Source: Heteronotia binoei
Lineage: Eukaryota
Assembly (NCBI RefSeq): GCF_032191835.1
Contig: NC_083235.1
Location: forward strand, 18,166,001-18,230,000
Direction of reading: 5' to 3'
DNA length: 64,000 nucleotides
Of the stretch, positions 10,870 to 22,941 are shown piece by piece (the stretch's first letter is position 1; every line of letters starts with the position of its first letter). A program made the position numbers and the translations under genes. The notes under the pieces were generated by a model. It saw nothing but the letters and a program-made list of their open reading frames with translations. It was not told where the DNA came from and did no database searches.

Positions 10870-11805
10870 ATGGAAGACTGGGATAATGGAACCACTGTGA
10901 CTGAGTTTGTACTCATAGGCTTTCCCAGACAACTCCACATGCGCATTGCAATGTTTGTCCTCTTCTTAGCCATGTATACAGTCACCATAGTTGGGAACGG
11001 TCTCGTTGTATTATTGATTGTGGTGGATTCTCATCTCCACACACCCATGTATTTCTTCCTTTGCAACCTCTCCTTTATCGATGTCTGCTATGTCTCTACC
11101 TATGTCCCACAGGTTCTGGCAGATAGCTTCAAAGACAAAGCTGTTATACCTTGGGGCAGGTGTTCTGCACAAATGAGTGTCGGCCTTTTTCTGGGAGTGT
11201 CTGAGTATCTCTTACTAGCTGTCATGGCTTATGACCGCTTTGTGGCCATATGCAGCCCATTGCACTATAATGTAATCATGAGCCAGAAGCTGTGCATCAT
11301 ACTGGCAGTTGGCCTGTGGTGCAGCTCTTTCTTCTTGACCATTGTACCCTTTTATAGCATGCCAGCACAGTTGTGTGGCCGCAATACGGTAAATCATTTT
11401 ACATGTGAGCTCCAAGCAGTGTTGAAATTGGCTTGCTCTGACACTAAAGCCAGTGGACTTAACATGCTGATAACGAGCATCTTCACTCTTCTGTTCCCCT
11501 TTGCCTTCATCCTGCTGACTTATGGGCGCATTGGTCTAGCTGTCCTGCGCATCCGCTCAGCTGAAGGCCGGGGCAAAGCTTTATCCACCTGTGGCTCTCA
11601 TCTGGTTGTCGTGAGCATCTTCTATGGCACTGCCATGGCCGCATACCTGAGGCCTCAGGCCAAGACTTTCACAGATAGTGAAAAAATAGTGTCTATCTTT
11701 TATGGGATTGTGACCCCTATGCTCAACCCCTTGATCTACAGTCTGAGAAACAGAGATGTGAAGGGAGCCTTTTGGCGGCTGATTAGGAGGGAAACAGAGA
11801 AGTAA
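10870..11805 (+). CDS. Olfactory receptor OR-1 (class II/gamma-like), 311 aa, intact
   Basis: LHTPMYFFLCNLS, MAYDRFVAICSPLHY, KALSTCGSHL, PMLNPLIYSLRN; N-glycosylation site NGT. A splice acceptor TTTCCCTTCTACAG (ending 10864) precedes the ATG, so the ORF-track start at 10816 is probably intronic. Confidence 0.96.
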   Translation: MEDWDNGTTVTEFVLIGFPRQLHMRIAMFVLFLAMYTVTIVGNGLVVLLIVVDSHLHTPMYFFLCNLSFIDVCYVSTYVPQVLADSFKDKAVIPWGRCSAQMSVGLFLGVSEYLLLAVMAYDRFVAICSPLHYNVIMSQKLCIILAVGLWCSSFFLTIVPFYSMPAQLCGRNTVNHFTCELQAVLKLACSDTKASGLNMLITSIFTLLFPFAFILLTYGRIGLAVLRIRSAEGRGKALSTCGSHLVVVSIFYGTAMAAYLRPQAKTFTDSEKIVSIFYGIVTPMLNPLIYSLRNRDVKGAFWRLIRRETEK

Positions 11806-12063
11806 ACCACTTCCAGACTCAGCATCCCTACTGATATCTTTTCAGCATGAATATGTCTAGCAGATTTCCATGATCCTGTATGCTACTTCTATTGATTTCA
11901 ACATTGTATGTTGTTAATATCGCAATATCATTGTACATAATGTTTTGCATAATAAATAAATATGAATTAAGCAAATAGGAGGCTTCCTTCTTTTTCTTAG
12001 TTAGAAGGCAAAAACCCTTTTGTTACCAGTGTTTGTAATGAGTTGGTTGACATTGCATTGGGG

Positions 12064-12245
12064 AAGGGCTTTTTTTGTAGCAGGAACTCCTTTGCATATT
12101 AGGCTACACTCCTCTGATGTAGCCAGTCCTCCAAGAGTTTACAGGGCTCTTCTTACAGGGCCAACTGTAAGCTCTTGGAGGTTTGACTACATCAGGGGGT
12201 GTGGCCTAATATGCCAAGGATTTCCTGCTACAAAAAAAAAGCCCT
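12064..12245. mobile_element. MITE related to the 9289 family (further relatives ~13190-13336, ~34675-34825, 53892-54093)
   Basis: TIRs AGGGCTTTTTTTGTAGCAGGAACTCC..GCATATTAGG / CCTAATATGC..TTCCTGCTACAAAAAAAAAGCCCTG. Confidence 0.75.
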
Positions 12246-14920
12246 GCATCCGGTCATACTGAGAGACCTAAAGTTACCCCAAGCCAGGAATATTTTTGCA
12301 AGATTTCTCCAACTTTTAAATATCAGTCAAGTGAGTCAAACTTTATTATGCGTTATGAGCCATACAAAATCAGAACCCCCCTTCCCAATATTAATTACTT
12401 ACATCAGATCTCTACATATATCATTCTTCCTAGAATATCTAATAATGTAAGGGTTGACTCAGATTCTGAGTAAATTATACACAAGATATTATCTTGGCCC
12501 ATATTTTCATTGAAGATAGCAGAAATTTAGCTACAGATAAGAGTAATTCTTTGGTCAATACAATAATCCTTCGGTTAGTGCATCTGCTCAAACAACATGC
12601 ATATTGACGTGGAATCGTTGGAGCTAAATTGAATAGACGTAAAGACACTTGGTGGGCTGTAGCTGAAGTTTCTTGAAAATCAATATCCTTCATACAGTCA
12701 TTGATTGCTAAAATAGCTACACTTTGCCCAATTGAATTTTTTAAAAGCAAGGAAAAGACCCAATATGGTGAATTTCTCATCTATTGGGTTAAGTGGATAT
12801 AGTATCAGAATTAGATATTAGGCTACTAGAAAATTGATCCTTTTGTTGATGAACAAAAGTCAGATTCTGATTATAAGCGCTTAGTAGCCAGGCCAAATTT
12901 ACCAGTGGTGTGATATCTATTTTACCTTTGGTTTGTAATGACCTATGGCTAAATACAAATACATGCTTTCACCAGGGCAACCAAGGTCATAACATTTCAG
13001 AGTGTCCCAGGGTCTTATCTTCTATTATGTATAGTTATCAAAAACCAAATAGTCCTCTAACACAAATGTTGAGACAGTTTCTCTTTGCAGTAAAAAAAAA
13101 AAAACCCTTTCAAGCATGTGCACTTTCATCAATGATAAAACTAAAAATGAGAAAATAATAAATCCCGCATCCATTTAGCTTGGCTTGGCTTCGGGGGGCA
13201 TGACCTAATATGCAGATTAGTCCCTGATGGGCTTTTTCTACAAAAAAAAAGCCTGTGTGGAAACAATGGTGATGTGGAGGTGTGGCCTAATATGCAAATG
13301 AGTTCCTGCTGGGCTTTTTCTACAAAAAAAGTCCTGCTCTCAATAGATCATGATCCTACATACCAATGGTTATTCATATTTGTTTATTTATTAAAACATT
13401 TATATCTTGACTTTGTTCTTGGTTCAAGGTGGCTTACAATGGTTCACAAAACATCCACAGGTATCATTGCTTTCATTTAATCACTGAGGACAACTTTGTT
13501 TCGCTCAACTACCTGTGAATATCTGCCAACATACACACTTACTTCTTCTTGGAGCCCATGTACTCCTCCCCCAAAGTGTGCCTTTCCTATATTAAAAAGC
13601 ACAGTCCCAGCTTTCCTCTCCTTAATGGGAGAAGGAAGTGCTTTGGAGGAACCAAATGGCATCCTCCAATCAGGTCTGTGGTATTGTTCTTCCTCCTCAC
13701 CCTCACTCATTCAGTTGCTCCCAGGACTGCAAAGTTTTAAACTCTGTGATCAGTGAACAAAAATAGCATTCTCATAAGAAGAGGGTTTAATCTAGTTGCC
13801 CGGCCTTAAGGAATGAAAATGATATCCTAAAGAGCAAATGGATATGTCACCCCAGCCTCTGCTCATTTCAGTCACCAAAACTCTCTTCTACAAGTTTGTC
13901 CTTTGAGCAGCTGAATAAGCTTTGGGTTGGGTCTACCGTAGAGGTTACTTAACAGCCAGTTTGTTGTTGAATCAGCCCCAGGCTTGCTTGTTTTGCTCTA
14001 ATTAGACCTGCCATGATGAAGCCAAAGATTCATAAACCACTAGAGAATACAGCTAATTTAGAAATCAAACCTGGTTGTAGATGACTGGAAGAGATGCCTG
14101 GATATAGTGAAGCAGAGTCCAGTTCTGAGATTTATCTCTTGAAAGGAGCCATGTAGATATTCCTGTTTAGGATTCAAGTGGGGGGGTTTTTTTGAGGTAC
14201 TGTGTCTTCTGTCACCCATTACATTTCCCTTCTTGGACAGAGTTTGCTGAAAGATAAATTAATTGAATCATCTCAAAGGCTGAGAAGAACAGGGCTCTTT
14301 CTTGACCCCCATCCCAGTACTTATGTTGTATGTCTCACAAAGGATCGGACATACAGATCTTCTACTAGTAGTATTATCTGCTTTGGGCTTTTCAAATACC
14401 CACAGTTGGTTCAAGCCAGTATTTTAACAAGTCTTTCAATACAAACATCCCCAGTCTGTTACCATACAGAATGCTGCCAACTGTTCATGCAAGACAACTG
14501 AAATTGCTGCTATTTTTGTGAACACAGACTTTATACAATCATATGAGATTCTCAACTCAAGAGTATTTATGCCATTAAAGGTTCTGAATCTGAATCAGCG
14601 CAAGAGGAAACGGGTATAGTAAGCAAGGTAAGTAAACCATTGCAAAGTAAACCACTGCAAACCGTTGCAAAGCAAAGTATATTTTCAATGATTTACAATT
14701 ATTGCTATACATTTTGTTCTACAGTTTTTAACAAGATGTTTTTTAGCGGCTGACATACAATAATGTGATGCAGGGGTATGTATGATTCGAGGCCCAGAGA
14801 GAACTCAGTTCAATCCTCAGTCTGACCTCACCCATGCAGTTATTGTGAGAATGAAATGAGGGAGTAGAAACTATGTGTGTTATTCTAAATGCCTTGGAAG
14901 AATCGATGTCTAGAAACATA

Positions 14921-15217
14921 AGAAGATGAAGAAGATATTGGATTTATATCCCGCCCTCCACTCCGAAGAGTCTCAGAGCGGCTCACAATCTCCTTTACCT
15001 TCCTCCCCCACAACAGACACCCTGTGAGGTGGGTGGGGCTGAGAGGGCTCTCACAGCAGCTGCCCTTTCAACGACAACCTCTGCCAGAGCCATGGCTGAC
15101 CCAAGGCCATGCTAGCAGGTGCAAGTGCAGGAGTGGGGAATCAAACCCGGTTCTCCCAGATAAGAGTCCGCACACTTAACCACTACACCAAACTGGCTCA
15201 CCACACCAAACTGGCTC
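14921..15217 (-). mobile_element. tRNA-derived SINE (Squam3-like), present only in duplicate A
   Basis: Minus-strand head GAGCCAGTTTGGTGTAGTGGTTAAGTGTGCGGACTCTTATCTGGGAGAACCGGGTTTGATTCCCC (A and B boxes). Absent at 36411 in copy B. Confidence 0.85.
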
Positions 15218-15443
15218 ATAGTAGGTAGATATACTTCAAGGTCAACTTACTTTTCAAGGACAATTGCTGATGTTCCACAAATGGACTTCCGTTGCCTTTT
15301 CCTAACATTTCACTGGCCTTCTCTGATCTACTGTGCCACTATCTGAACCACAATTCAGAAGCCCAGAGAATATCCAAGATGTGCTGTGTCCCAAGAAGTA
15401 TGTTTCTATTTCTTTTACAGGGAACAAAACAGGAAAGGACCAT

Positions 15444-16376
15444 ATGGGGGATAGCAACACGACCGAGGTGAACGAGTTCATCTTGCTTGGGATTTCCGAT
15501 AACCCCAGGGCTCAGATGGTGATGTTTGTGGTTTTTCTCATCTTCTACCTCCTCACACTATTCGGTAACAGCCTTCTCATTGCCCTAATCATTCTGAGTC
15601 CCCTTCTTCACACACCAATGTATTTCTTTCTTTGCAACCTATCCTTCTTGGACATGTTCTACACCACCTGCAGCATTCCTCAGATGCTGATTAACTGTTT
15701 CTTCCGCCGACCCACCATATCCTATACCCGATGCATAATTGGGATGTATGTCGGTCTCCTTCTCGGCATAGCAGAGTGTTTCTTGCTGGCTGTCATGGCG
15801 TATGACCGCTTTACCGCCGTATGCAACCCTTTGCATTACACTGTCATAATGAGTTGGAAAGTGTGTATCCAGTTGGCCGCCTTGACTTGGGGCAGTGCCA
15901 TTGTGATGACTCTGATCCCTCGGCTGCTTCAACCCACTCAGTTTTGTGGCCACAACATCATCAACCACTTCACTTGTGAGCTACAGGTGTTCCTCAAGCT
16001 GGCTTGCTCAGATACACATGTGGCTGATATTGTCATCATGACCAACAGCTTTATTGTCCTTGTTGTGCCCTTCAGTTTCATCTTGGTGAGCTATGGGCGC
16101 ATTGCCCAGGCTGTGATGCGCATGCACTCAGCCAAGGGACGAGGCAAGGCTTTTTCAACCTGTGGGTCCCATCTGGTGGTGGTCAGCATCTTCTATGGAT
16201 CAGCCCTCTCCATGTACTTGCGGCCTCAAGGCAAAACCATCTCTGACCTTGACAAAATTGTCTACCTGGTTTATGGAGTGGTGACCCCAATGCTCAACCC
16301 TTTGATTTACAGCCTTAGAAATAAAGATGTGAAAGGAGCCTTTTGGAGAGTGCTTGGGAAGAAAATGCCTGAATGA
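15444..16376 (+). CDS. Olfactory receptor OR-2a, 310 aa, intact
   Basis: MGDSNTT start after acceptor TTTCTTTTACAG (15420); LHTPMYFFLCNLS, MAYDRF, KAFSTCGSHL, PMLNPLIYSLRN. Confidence 0.96.
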   Translation: MGDSNTTEVNEFILLGISDNPRAQMVMFVVFLIFYLLTLFGNSLLIALIILSPLLHTPMYFFLCNLSFLDMFYTTCSIPQMLINCFFRRPTISYTRCIIGMYVGLLLGIAECFLLAVMAYDRFTAVCNPLHYTVIMSWKVCIQLAALTWGSAIVMTLIPRLLQPTQFCGHNIINHFTCELQVFLKLACSDTHVADIVIMTNSFIVLVVPFSFILVSYGRIAQAVMRMHSAKGRGKAFSTCGSHLVVVSIFYGSALSMYLRPQGKTISDLDKIVYLVYGVVTPMLNPLIYSLRNKDVKGAFWRVLGKKMPE

Positions 16377-17861
16377 AGAATTTGCCCTCCACCTCTCTGT
16401 CCAGTCATCCCCTCCACGATAAAACACTTTCCTTCATTTCTCCTTCCTTCCTTTTCCTCTTTCCTTTTGTCAATCAGATTTTCTACTTTGTTTCGTCAAA
16501 CCTTTCTTTATTTTCCCACCCATCTTTCTTTCCTTCCAAATCACAGAAATTAGGACCACTCCTGAAAGTTGTACTGGTTTTACAAAACCTAGTTTACTTA
16601 TTATAAAAATATTAGATGATTTTTCATTTTTGAAAATGTGCTCCGAGTGCCCTTCAAGTAGGGAATTTGTGGAGATTTGGGGACAGAAGTAAGGGAGAGA
16701 GTTTAGCGAGAGGGGAAGGAGATCAGAAAGGATATAATATAAGAGCATCCATCCTCTGAAGCTGTCATTTCCTGATTTCTGTTGTGTAGAGACTGGGGAT
16801 AACTGACAGCAACATCTGGAGGGAGGCAATCCTAGATTTTGAGAAGGAAGTTATATGGACATGCCCAGTCCCTGTGACCTGAGGGCACAGAGAGGAGTGT
16901 ACAGAAGAAGGTATTCCAAACACTATGGAACTGAATGGATTGTCATATGTCATTGTGCGTAGTATAGCCAGGAGGTCCTAAGATTGTCTGATAGCCACAG
17001 AAATCTGTCCAGAATCAGAACTACTACAGGGCAAATGTCAGAGCAGAATCTGAGAGTTTTGGCTCTATCTCCCAGTCTTACTTGAAAGGTTAACCTTTGG
17101 CCAGTCACATAGTCTCCACCAAACCTACTTCACAGAGTTGTTGGGGCGGGGGGGGGGGAATGAACAGAGAATGATGTATGCCACTCCGTGCTCTTTAAAA
17201 TGTGACAGATCATTTCTAGTCTGTTTGGCATTTGAATGCAAGAGATAGTGCCAGTACCAGGTTATTCTGACTGTGTAACCCATTTTCTCTACTGATGGTT
17301 TGTATTTTCTGCATATGGTCAAACAAGTTCAGAAGAAAACAGGATGCAAATGAAAATAAATGTGTTCAGTCGGTCTTCATCTTCTGATATTTCTTACTTC
17401 AAAGTGATGTTATTGCGCTCTATATAGCAACAAAACTGGCCTCTCTTTGTAACCTGTCCTTACATCTTCTTTTCCACAAGTTCAAGTATAGGTTGCGGTC
17501 AGATGAGCTGTTTGATCTGATGTTATTGTTGTTACCCTGCAGATTGAAAATGCACAATCAAACAGCATCATCCCTATCTCGCCCCACAGTAATCATTCAC
17601 TCCTCTCCGATTGTGTGTTTTCCAACACCGGGGAGAGTCTAAGGTTTAAAGATGTCAGCTGTTTCACCCTGTATTTCCAGATGTCTGATTTTTCCATCGC
17701 AGTCTCAAGCCATATGGGAAGTTTGAACTTTTCCTTCCGTTTTTGTCAAATATTTTTTGAAGCAATTAGTGGTGTTTGCATCATCAGATCTTCACACAAG
17801 GGTTTTGAATCACTACTTGCATGATTGTTTGCTGCAATATTTTGTTGTGATAGGGAGCACA

Positions 17862-18335
17862 TCATAGAATCATAGAGTTGGAAGGGACCTCCAGAGTCAT
17901 CTAGTCCAACCCCCTGCACAATACAGGAAACTCACAAATACCTCCCCCTAAATTCACAGGATCTTCATTGCTAGCAGATGGCCATCTAGCCTCTGTTTAA
18001 AAACCTCCAAGGAAGGAGAGCCCACCACCTCCCAAGGAAGCCTGTTCCACTGAGGAACCACTCTAATGATCAGGAAGTTCTTCCTAATGTTGAGCCGGAA
18101 ACTCTTTTGATTCAATTTCAACCCATCGGTTCTGGTCTAACCTTCTGGGGCCACATAAAACAATTCCACACTATCCTTTAGATGACAGCCTTTCAAGTAC
18201 TTGAAGACGGTGATCGTATCACCTTTCAGCCATCTCCTCTCCAGGCTAAACATGCCCAGCTCCTTCAACCTTTCTTCATAGGACTTGGTCTCCAGACTGC
18301 TCTCCATTTTTGTCACCCTCCTCTGGACCTGTTCC
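17862..18335 (-). mobile_element. CR1 LINE 3' fragment (paralog ~38655-39045)
   Basis: Minus translation QFWAPHFKKDIDKLEQVQRRVTKM..SYEERLKELGMFSLERR; CATAGAATCATAG tail. Confidence 0.88.
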
Positions 18336-18839
18336 AGCTTATCTATATCCTTCTTAAAATGTGGTGCCCAAAACTGATGGTGGGGTGGCTGTATTAGAGT
18401 GACAAATTCAAGAAAAAGAACCCTTTCTGCTGTTACTTGGGTTAGAAATAGTCCCTCTCGGCAGCCAGGATTCCACCCCCAGAACTTCAAGCCACTTCAT
18501 AATATTGCTCTGGCAGGAAAGCTCTAAGGTGAGAGAAAAATGGGTGGGAAATGGGTGGGAAACGGAGTAAGATCAAGCAGGAAAGGGAGTGATTTCTCAT
18601 TGAGAAATACAGCTGTACAGGAACTTTACTTACAAAATGACCGCTGGAAACGCCTATGCGATCTGGGAAATCTCCAGTTCGTTTCTGGAGATAGTCTAGC
18701 CCAACGCCCTCTTCACTCTGTTTCCTGCCTGGAGGAGAGGGCTGCCCATTGTCTCTTCAAGTAGCTCCATTAGCATCTTTTAAGAGGTAGCCCAGATGCT
18801 GCTGTAATGCCAGGGGCTAAATTCCTCCCTACCCCCTTT

Positions 18840-18976
18840 CAGTATCTGACCTTCCAGGGAACTGTTAGGGTTGATTTCCCTTAGAACTGACTGATTTTAT
18901 CTTCTTGCAGTCCAAGGGACTCTCAAGAGTCTTCTCCAGCACCACAATTGGAAAGCATCTATTCTTCTGCGCTCAG
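18840..18976 (-). mobile_element. RTE-BovB LINE fragment
   Basis: TTGCAGTCCAAGGGACTCTCAAGAGTCTTCTCCAGCACCAC; minus translation AERRRIDAFQLWCWRRLLRVPWTARR, the BovB ORF C-terminal motif as I recall it. Confidence 0.82.
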
Positions 18977-19110
18977 GAAGGGTCAGGGGTTTCCCTTGGC
19001 CTGTCCTGTTAGTTCAGTTTGCCCCATGCCAGTTGATGCAAGTTAATAAAGTGGTCCTGTTTATACCCAGATTGTGTTTGTTGCCTCGTTATTTCGACTG
19101 GGGGGGCAAA
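18977..19110 (+). mobile_element. 3' terminus of a YR-retrotransposon-like family; part of block 18977-19486 duplicated at ~57742-58252
   Basis: AATAAAGTGGTCC..TTGTGTTTG..CGACTGGGGGGGCAAA parallels the ends at 27953-28017 and 57810-57878. Confidence 0.65.
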
Positions 19111-19500
19111 TACTTTGTATTTTTATTTATGTTTTTCTATCTTATTTCCCCTTCCCTTTTTTGCTTCTGTAACTCTGCATTTCCTACCCTTTTTATATTC
19201 AAATTTAATAAAAAAAAATTAAAACAAACTTCCACAAATTGTAAGGCAGTTTGTGGGGGTTCATGAAGAGCAGAAAATGGCACTAAGCCACTTAAACCTC
19301 TGCTTTTTTTCTCAGGGGTTAAAATTGCAGAAAACAGGGGTTAGAATTGCTCCAAACCATGTAACCTCCAGCTGTCTCATCCCCACAGAAATGACCCCTA
19401 AGAAGAACAATTCGAGAACCCCATCCTGGTCTTGCAAAAGAGAATTTACTTGATATACTTCTCACTTTTTCACTTTAAAAAAAATTAAGTGAATGCTCGT

Positions 19501-19854
19501 GCCAATGGGCTTAACATGTTGATAACGAGCGTCTTCACACTTCTGTTCTCCTTTGCCTTCATCCTTCTGACCTATGGGCACATTGGTCTAGCTGTCCTGC
19601 ACATTCGCTCAGCTGAAGGCCGGGGCAAAGCTTGATCCACTTGTGGCTCTCATCTGGATTCCGTGGGCATCTTCTATAGCACCGCCATGGCTGCATACCT
19701 TAGGCCTCAGGACAAGACTTTCAGACAGGGAAAAAGTAGTGTCTATCTTTTATGGGTTGTGACCCCAATGCTCAACCCCTTGATCTGCAGGCTGAGGAAC
19801 AGGGATGTGAAGGGAGCCTTTTGGAGGCTGATTGGGAGGAAAACAGAGAAGTAA
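19501..19854 (+). pseudogene. 5'-truncated OR pseudogene (OR-1 paralog, TM5-TM7 only)
   Basis: Matches OR-1 from GCCA.TGG.CTTAACATG onward; AAAGCTTGATCC stop in the KALSTC motif; frameshift before VVTPMLNPLI. The 3' flank is also OR-1-like. Confidence 0.9.
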
Positions 19855-19880
19855 ACCACTTGTAGACTCATTGTCTATAC

Positions 19881-20175
19881 CAAGGGTGGCCAAACATACT
19901 TCTCATAAGAGCCACACCGAATAAACCTCAGATGTTTGAGAGCCACAAAACATGAACATCAGATGTTTCTGAATCACAAGACAGGAAAGAAGGAGGGAGG
20001 AAGAGAGAGAGAGATGGAAATAAAGGAACTTTAAATGCATTCTCCAAGCCACCAGCTGCCTTGGCTTGGAGGAGTGGTTTAAAGAGAGAAATGTCTTCTC
20101 CAAACTGGTGATGGGGCGGTGGGGGCTTCGAGAGCCACACAATATGTGTGAAAGAGCCACAGTTCAGCTACCCCG
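19881..20175. mobile_element. hAT-type non-autonomous element
   Basis: Starts CAAGGGTGGCCAAAC, ends AGTTCAGCTACCCCG, internal GAGAGCCACA repeats, 8-bp TSD GTCTATAC (19873-19880, 20176-20183). Confidence 0.8.
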
Positions 20176-21129
20176 GTCTATACTGATATCCTCTTAGAAT
20201 GAATATGTCTAGCCATGTTTCTGTGTGTGGCTTCAATGAACATGGTATGTTATTAATATCACGTTATCAGTGTACATTAATTTTTGCATAATAAATATAT
20301 ACATGAATGAAGCAAATAGGTTTCCTTCTTTTTCTTGGTTGAAAGGCAAAACCCAATTTGTTGTCAGTGTTTGCAATAACTTTGCTGACACTGAATTCAG
20401 AGGTATTGCAAGGGCAAAAGGTACCCTTTGGGGAAGAAGCGGGGTGTGTGTGTGTGCAGATGCACTCTGAGTCATGAATTTCTGGCTTGGAGTGCATGCT
20501 CACAAGCCCTCTGCTTCTTCTCAAAAGGACTCAATGGGATCCTTTAAATGCTTTCAAGAAGAAGCGAGGATAGCACCCGCCCCTCTTCCTCCTGCAGGAT
20601 CCAAAGGGCCCTCCAGATGACCAATGGGCCACATGCTCCCTGTCTATCAACTGAAGGACCCCTCACATCCTGTCAGAGGAGAGGGAGAGGAGCAGCTGCA
20701 GGTGGTCAGGGTTGGGGGCAGGACTTCTCCCCACATGACAGCTGCCTGGAGGTGCATTGGAGCCCCCAAAACCAGAGGAATCCCACTGGGACTAGGAGGA
20801 TGGTAATCCTAGGAAGGCCTAGGCCTCTGCCCTGTTGTTGGCTCTCCAGACGAACTGGAAGGCCACTGTGTGAGACAAGATGCTGGACTAGATGGCCCAC
20901 TGGTCTGATCCAGCAGGGCTCTTCTGATGTTCTTATTAAGGCCTTGACCTTCATCGCTTCATCATTCTGATGTTCTTATGGAGGCTTTGCCCTTCATCAC
21001 TTTATCAAAGTGTTGGTCCTGTGTGAATTTCTGCTGATGGGAGTGGGGGTTCATGCCCTTCTCCCACTGAAGCCTTCCAGTTCCTCCCCTGTGTTCCTGG
21101 AGGTTCCCTGTCCATGAGGAAAAGTGTTC

Positions 21130-21453
21130 AAAGGGGCATTTGGAGTCTAATCAGAAGAGTGTCATAGGAGGTGGTGGTGGCTACAAGCATAGACAGCTTC
21201 AAGTGGGGATTGGATAAGCATATGGAGCAGAGGTACATCAGTGGCTATTAGCCACAGCTTATCGTTGGAACTCTCTGTCTGGGGCATTAACGCTTGGTGC
21301 ATGGGGGGGGGCACAGTGGGAGGGTTTCTAGTGTCCTGGCCCCACTGATGGACCTCCTGATGGCACATGGGTTTTTTGGCCAATGTGTGACACAGAGTGT
21401 TGGACTGGATGGGCCATTGGCTTGATCCAACATGGCTTCTCTCATGTTCTTAC
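21130..21453 (+). mobile_element. CR1 3' end (another short CR1 tail at ~20850-20937)
   Basis: ACAGCTTCAAGTGGGGATTGGATAAGCATATGGAGCAGAGG..CAGTGGCTATTAG..TGATCCAACATGGCTTCTCTCATGTTCTTA. Confidence 0.82.
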
Positions 21454-22941
21454 TGAAACAAGAAATCCACAACCCACAGATAGAATCCCAATGGAAATTT
21501 CCCATGGATACAGGCCATGATGATTTTAACTTTTAATTCTGTATGCACAGCAATCTCCAAATTTTGAATTTGTATTGTGCTGAAATGTCATTGGGAATTA
21601 TAATTCTAGGAGGGAAAGAAGATGAAGATAATAGCCTGATAATAACAATCTGGGGGTGGGGGGGAGAGAAGGCATGCTAAAAAAGGCATTTCAAGCCAGG
21701 AACTGGAGTAAATCCCTTTACCAACTTTTGGATTTTTAAGATATCTAGAGAAATGTCCTCATTAACTAGTTCAATCTGAAGTGATGCAACTTCAAGTTTA
21801 CAATTTGAGCTTCTGCTCTCCTTGTCATGGCTAATTGTCTCCATGGGATGTTGTCTTCTGGGCTCCCAAAGACAAGGTCCGGCCCTTATCTAGCCGAGCC
21901 TGCTTGCAGGTATTGAGGCTGGGGGCCATCTTTGCCCCTCCCGGAAGGAGGGAGGAGCAGCATCACCCGATATATGGGTGTTTGCTGGTGCGGGGAATTG
22001 GGGCTTTATAAGCCTCGGTTCCCGCCCTCCTGCCACGCAGTTTGTTTGGCTCTCTGGGTGAGAGAGTCGGGAGCGTTGCGGCGGCGAGGGACCTGAGCGG
22101 GAGCGGTTGGACGGCGCGGCCCCGGCTCCTTCGGCTCTTTCCCTCATTCGGGCGGCGCGTGCGGCCAGCTGATCGGCGCTGCGAGGCTGAGTCTTTTTGC
22201 GCGGCGTTTTCTGGGGCCTGGGTGGACTGGGCCGGGGAGGCTTGCGCAGCTAAGCCCTTCGGGCTGTATGGGGCGCAGGCGACAGGGGAGCAGCGCTTGC
22301 GAGGCCGTGTGGGGGCAGTCCTGGGGGCCAGCTAGTGGCCCAAGCGGAGGCCAGCGTGGCGCTAGGGCTTTACGGTGCTGGGCTACAGGCCGGCCACGTT
22401 GCCTTATAAGGGGGAGGAGCACAGCGTTTCACAGTCGGTTGGTGGTCGCAAGCGCTGGGCCAGCAGTAGGCAGTAGCCTCGTGGTTGGGTTCTACGGAAA
22501 GGGGGTTCCTGGTGCCTATTAGGGCCTTCCACACGTGGAGCTGGGTGGCTGAGGCATTCGGCCTGTTAGTGTAGGCCCTGCTGGCAGGTAAACCCCTTCC
22601 CCCTCCCCCCCCCCCCCGTTTTTTTTTTTCCTTTTTTCTCTGGCCACGTTGGTTTGAGCCTGCTGGGCTAGTGGTTGGGGTGAGTTGGGCGAGGCTTTCC
22701 TGAAACGCCCCCCCCCTGACCTCCTTTCCTTGTGCACAGGGTGCAGTAGTTTGGGGCACTGCTGCCTGGGGGCTCAATTGGGGTCTCTTTTTTGGTTGGT
22801 GGGCAAGAGTGCGCGGGGACGTCTCCTTTAATTCTAACCCTCCTTCCACCACATTAATTGGCAAGGGAGTGCTGGGAGGGAACCCTTTGAGTGGGGTTGC
22901 AGTCACTCCTGCTTTTGGCCAGTGCCATAGAGGCGTTTGGG

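Larger units (their letters stand above)
1..18625 (+). repeat. Segmental duplication copy A (left end runs off the window)
   Basis: Position 1 GGCAATTAAC..GAGGACAACACTAACCTTG recurs at 28467. Collinear high identity continues to GAGAAATACAG.TGTACAGGAACT (18625 vs 39280), apart from copy-specific insertions and deletions. Confidence 0.95.

Noticed and set aside
14202-14501. 99-aa ORF conserved in both duplicates (35690-35989), and similar short paired ORFs
   Set aside because: Conservation is explained by the recent duplication; non-ATG starts and no protein motifs.
15333-15443. N-terminal extensions of OR ORFs (15333, 36526, 10816, 54326)
   Set aside because: They start at non-ATG or upstream codons and cross pyrimidine tract plus AG acceptors, so they are probably intron sequence.
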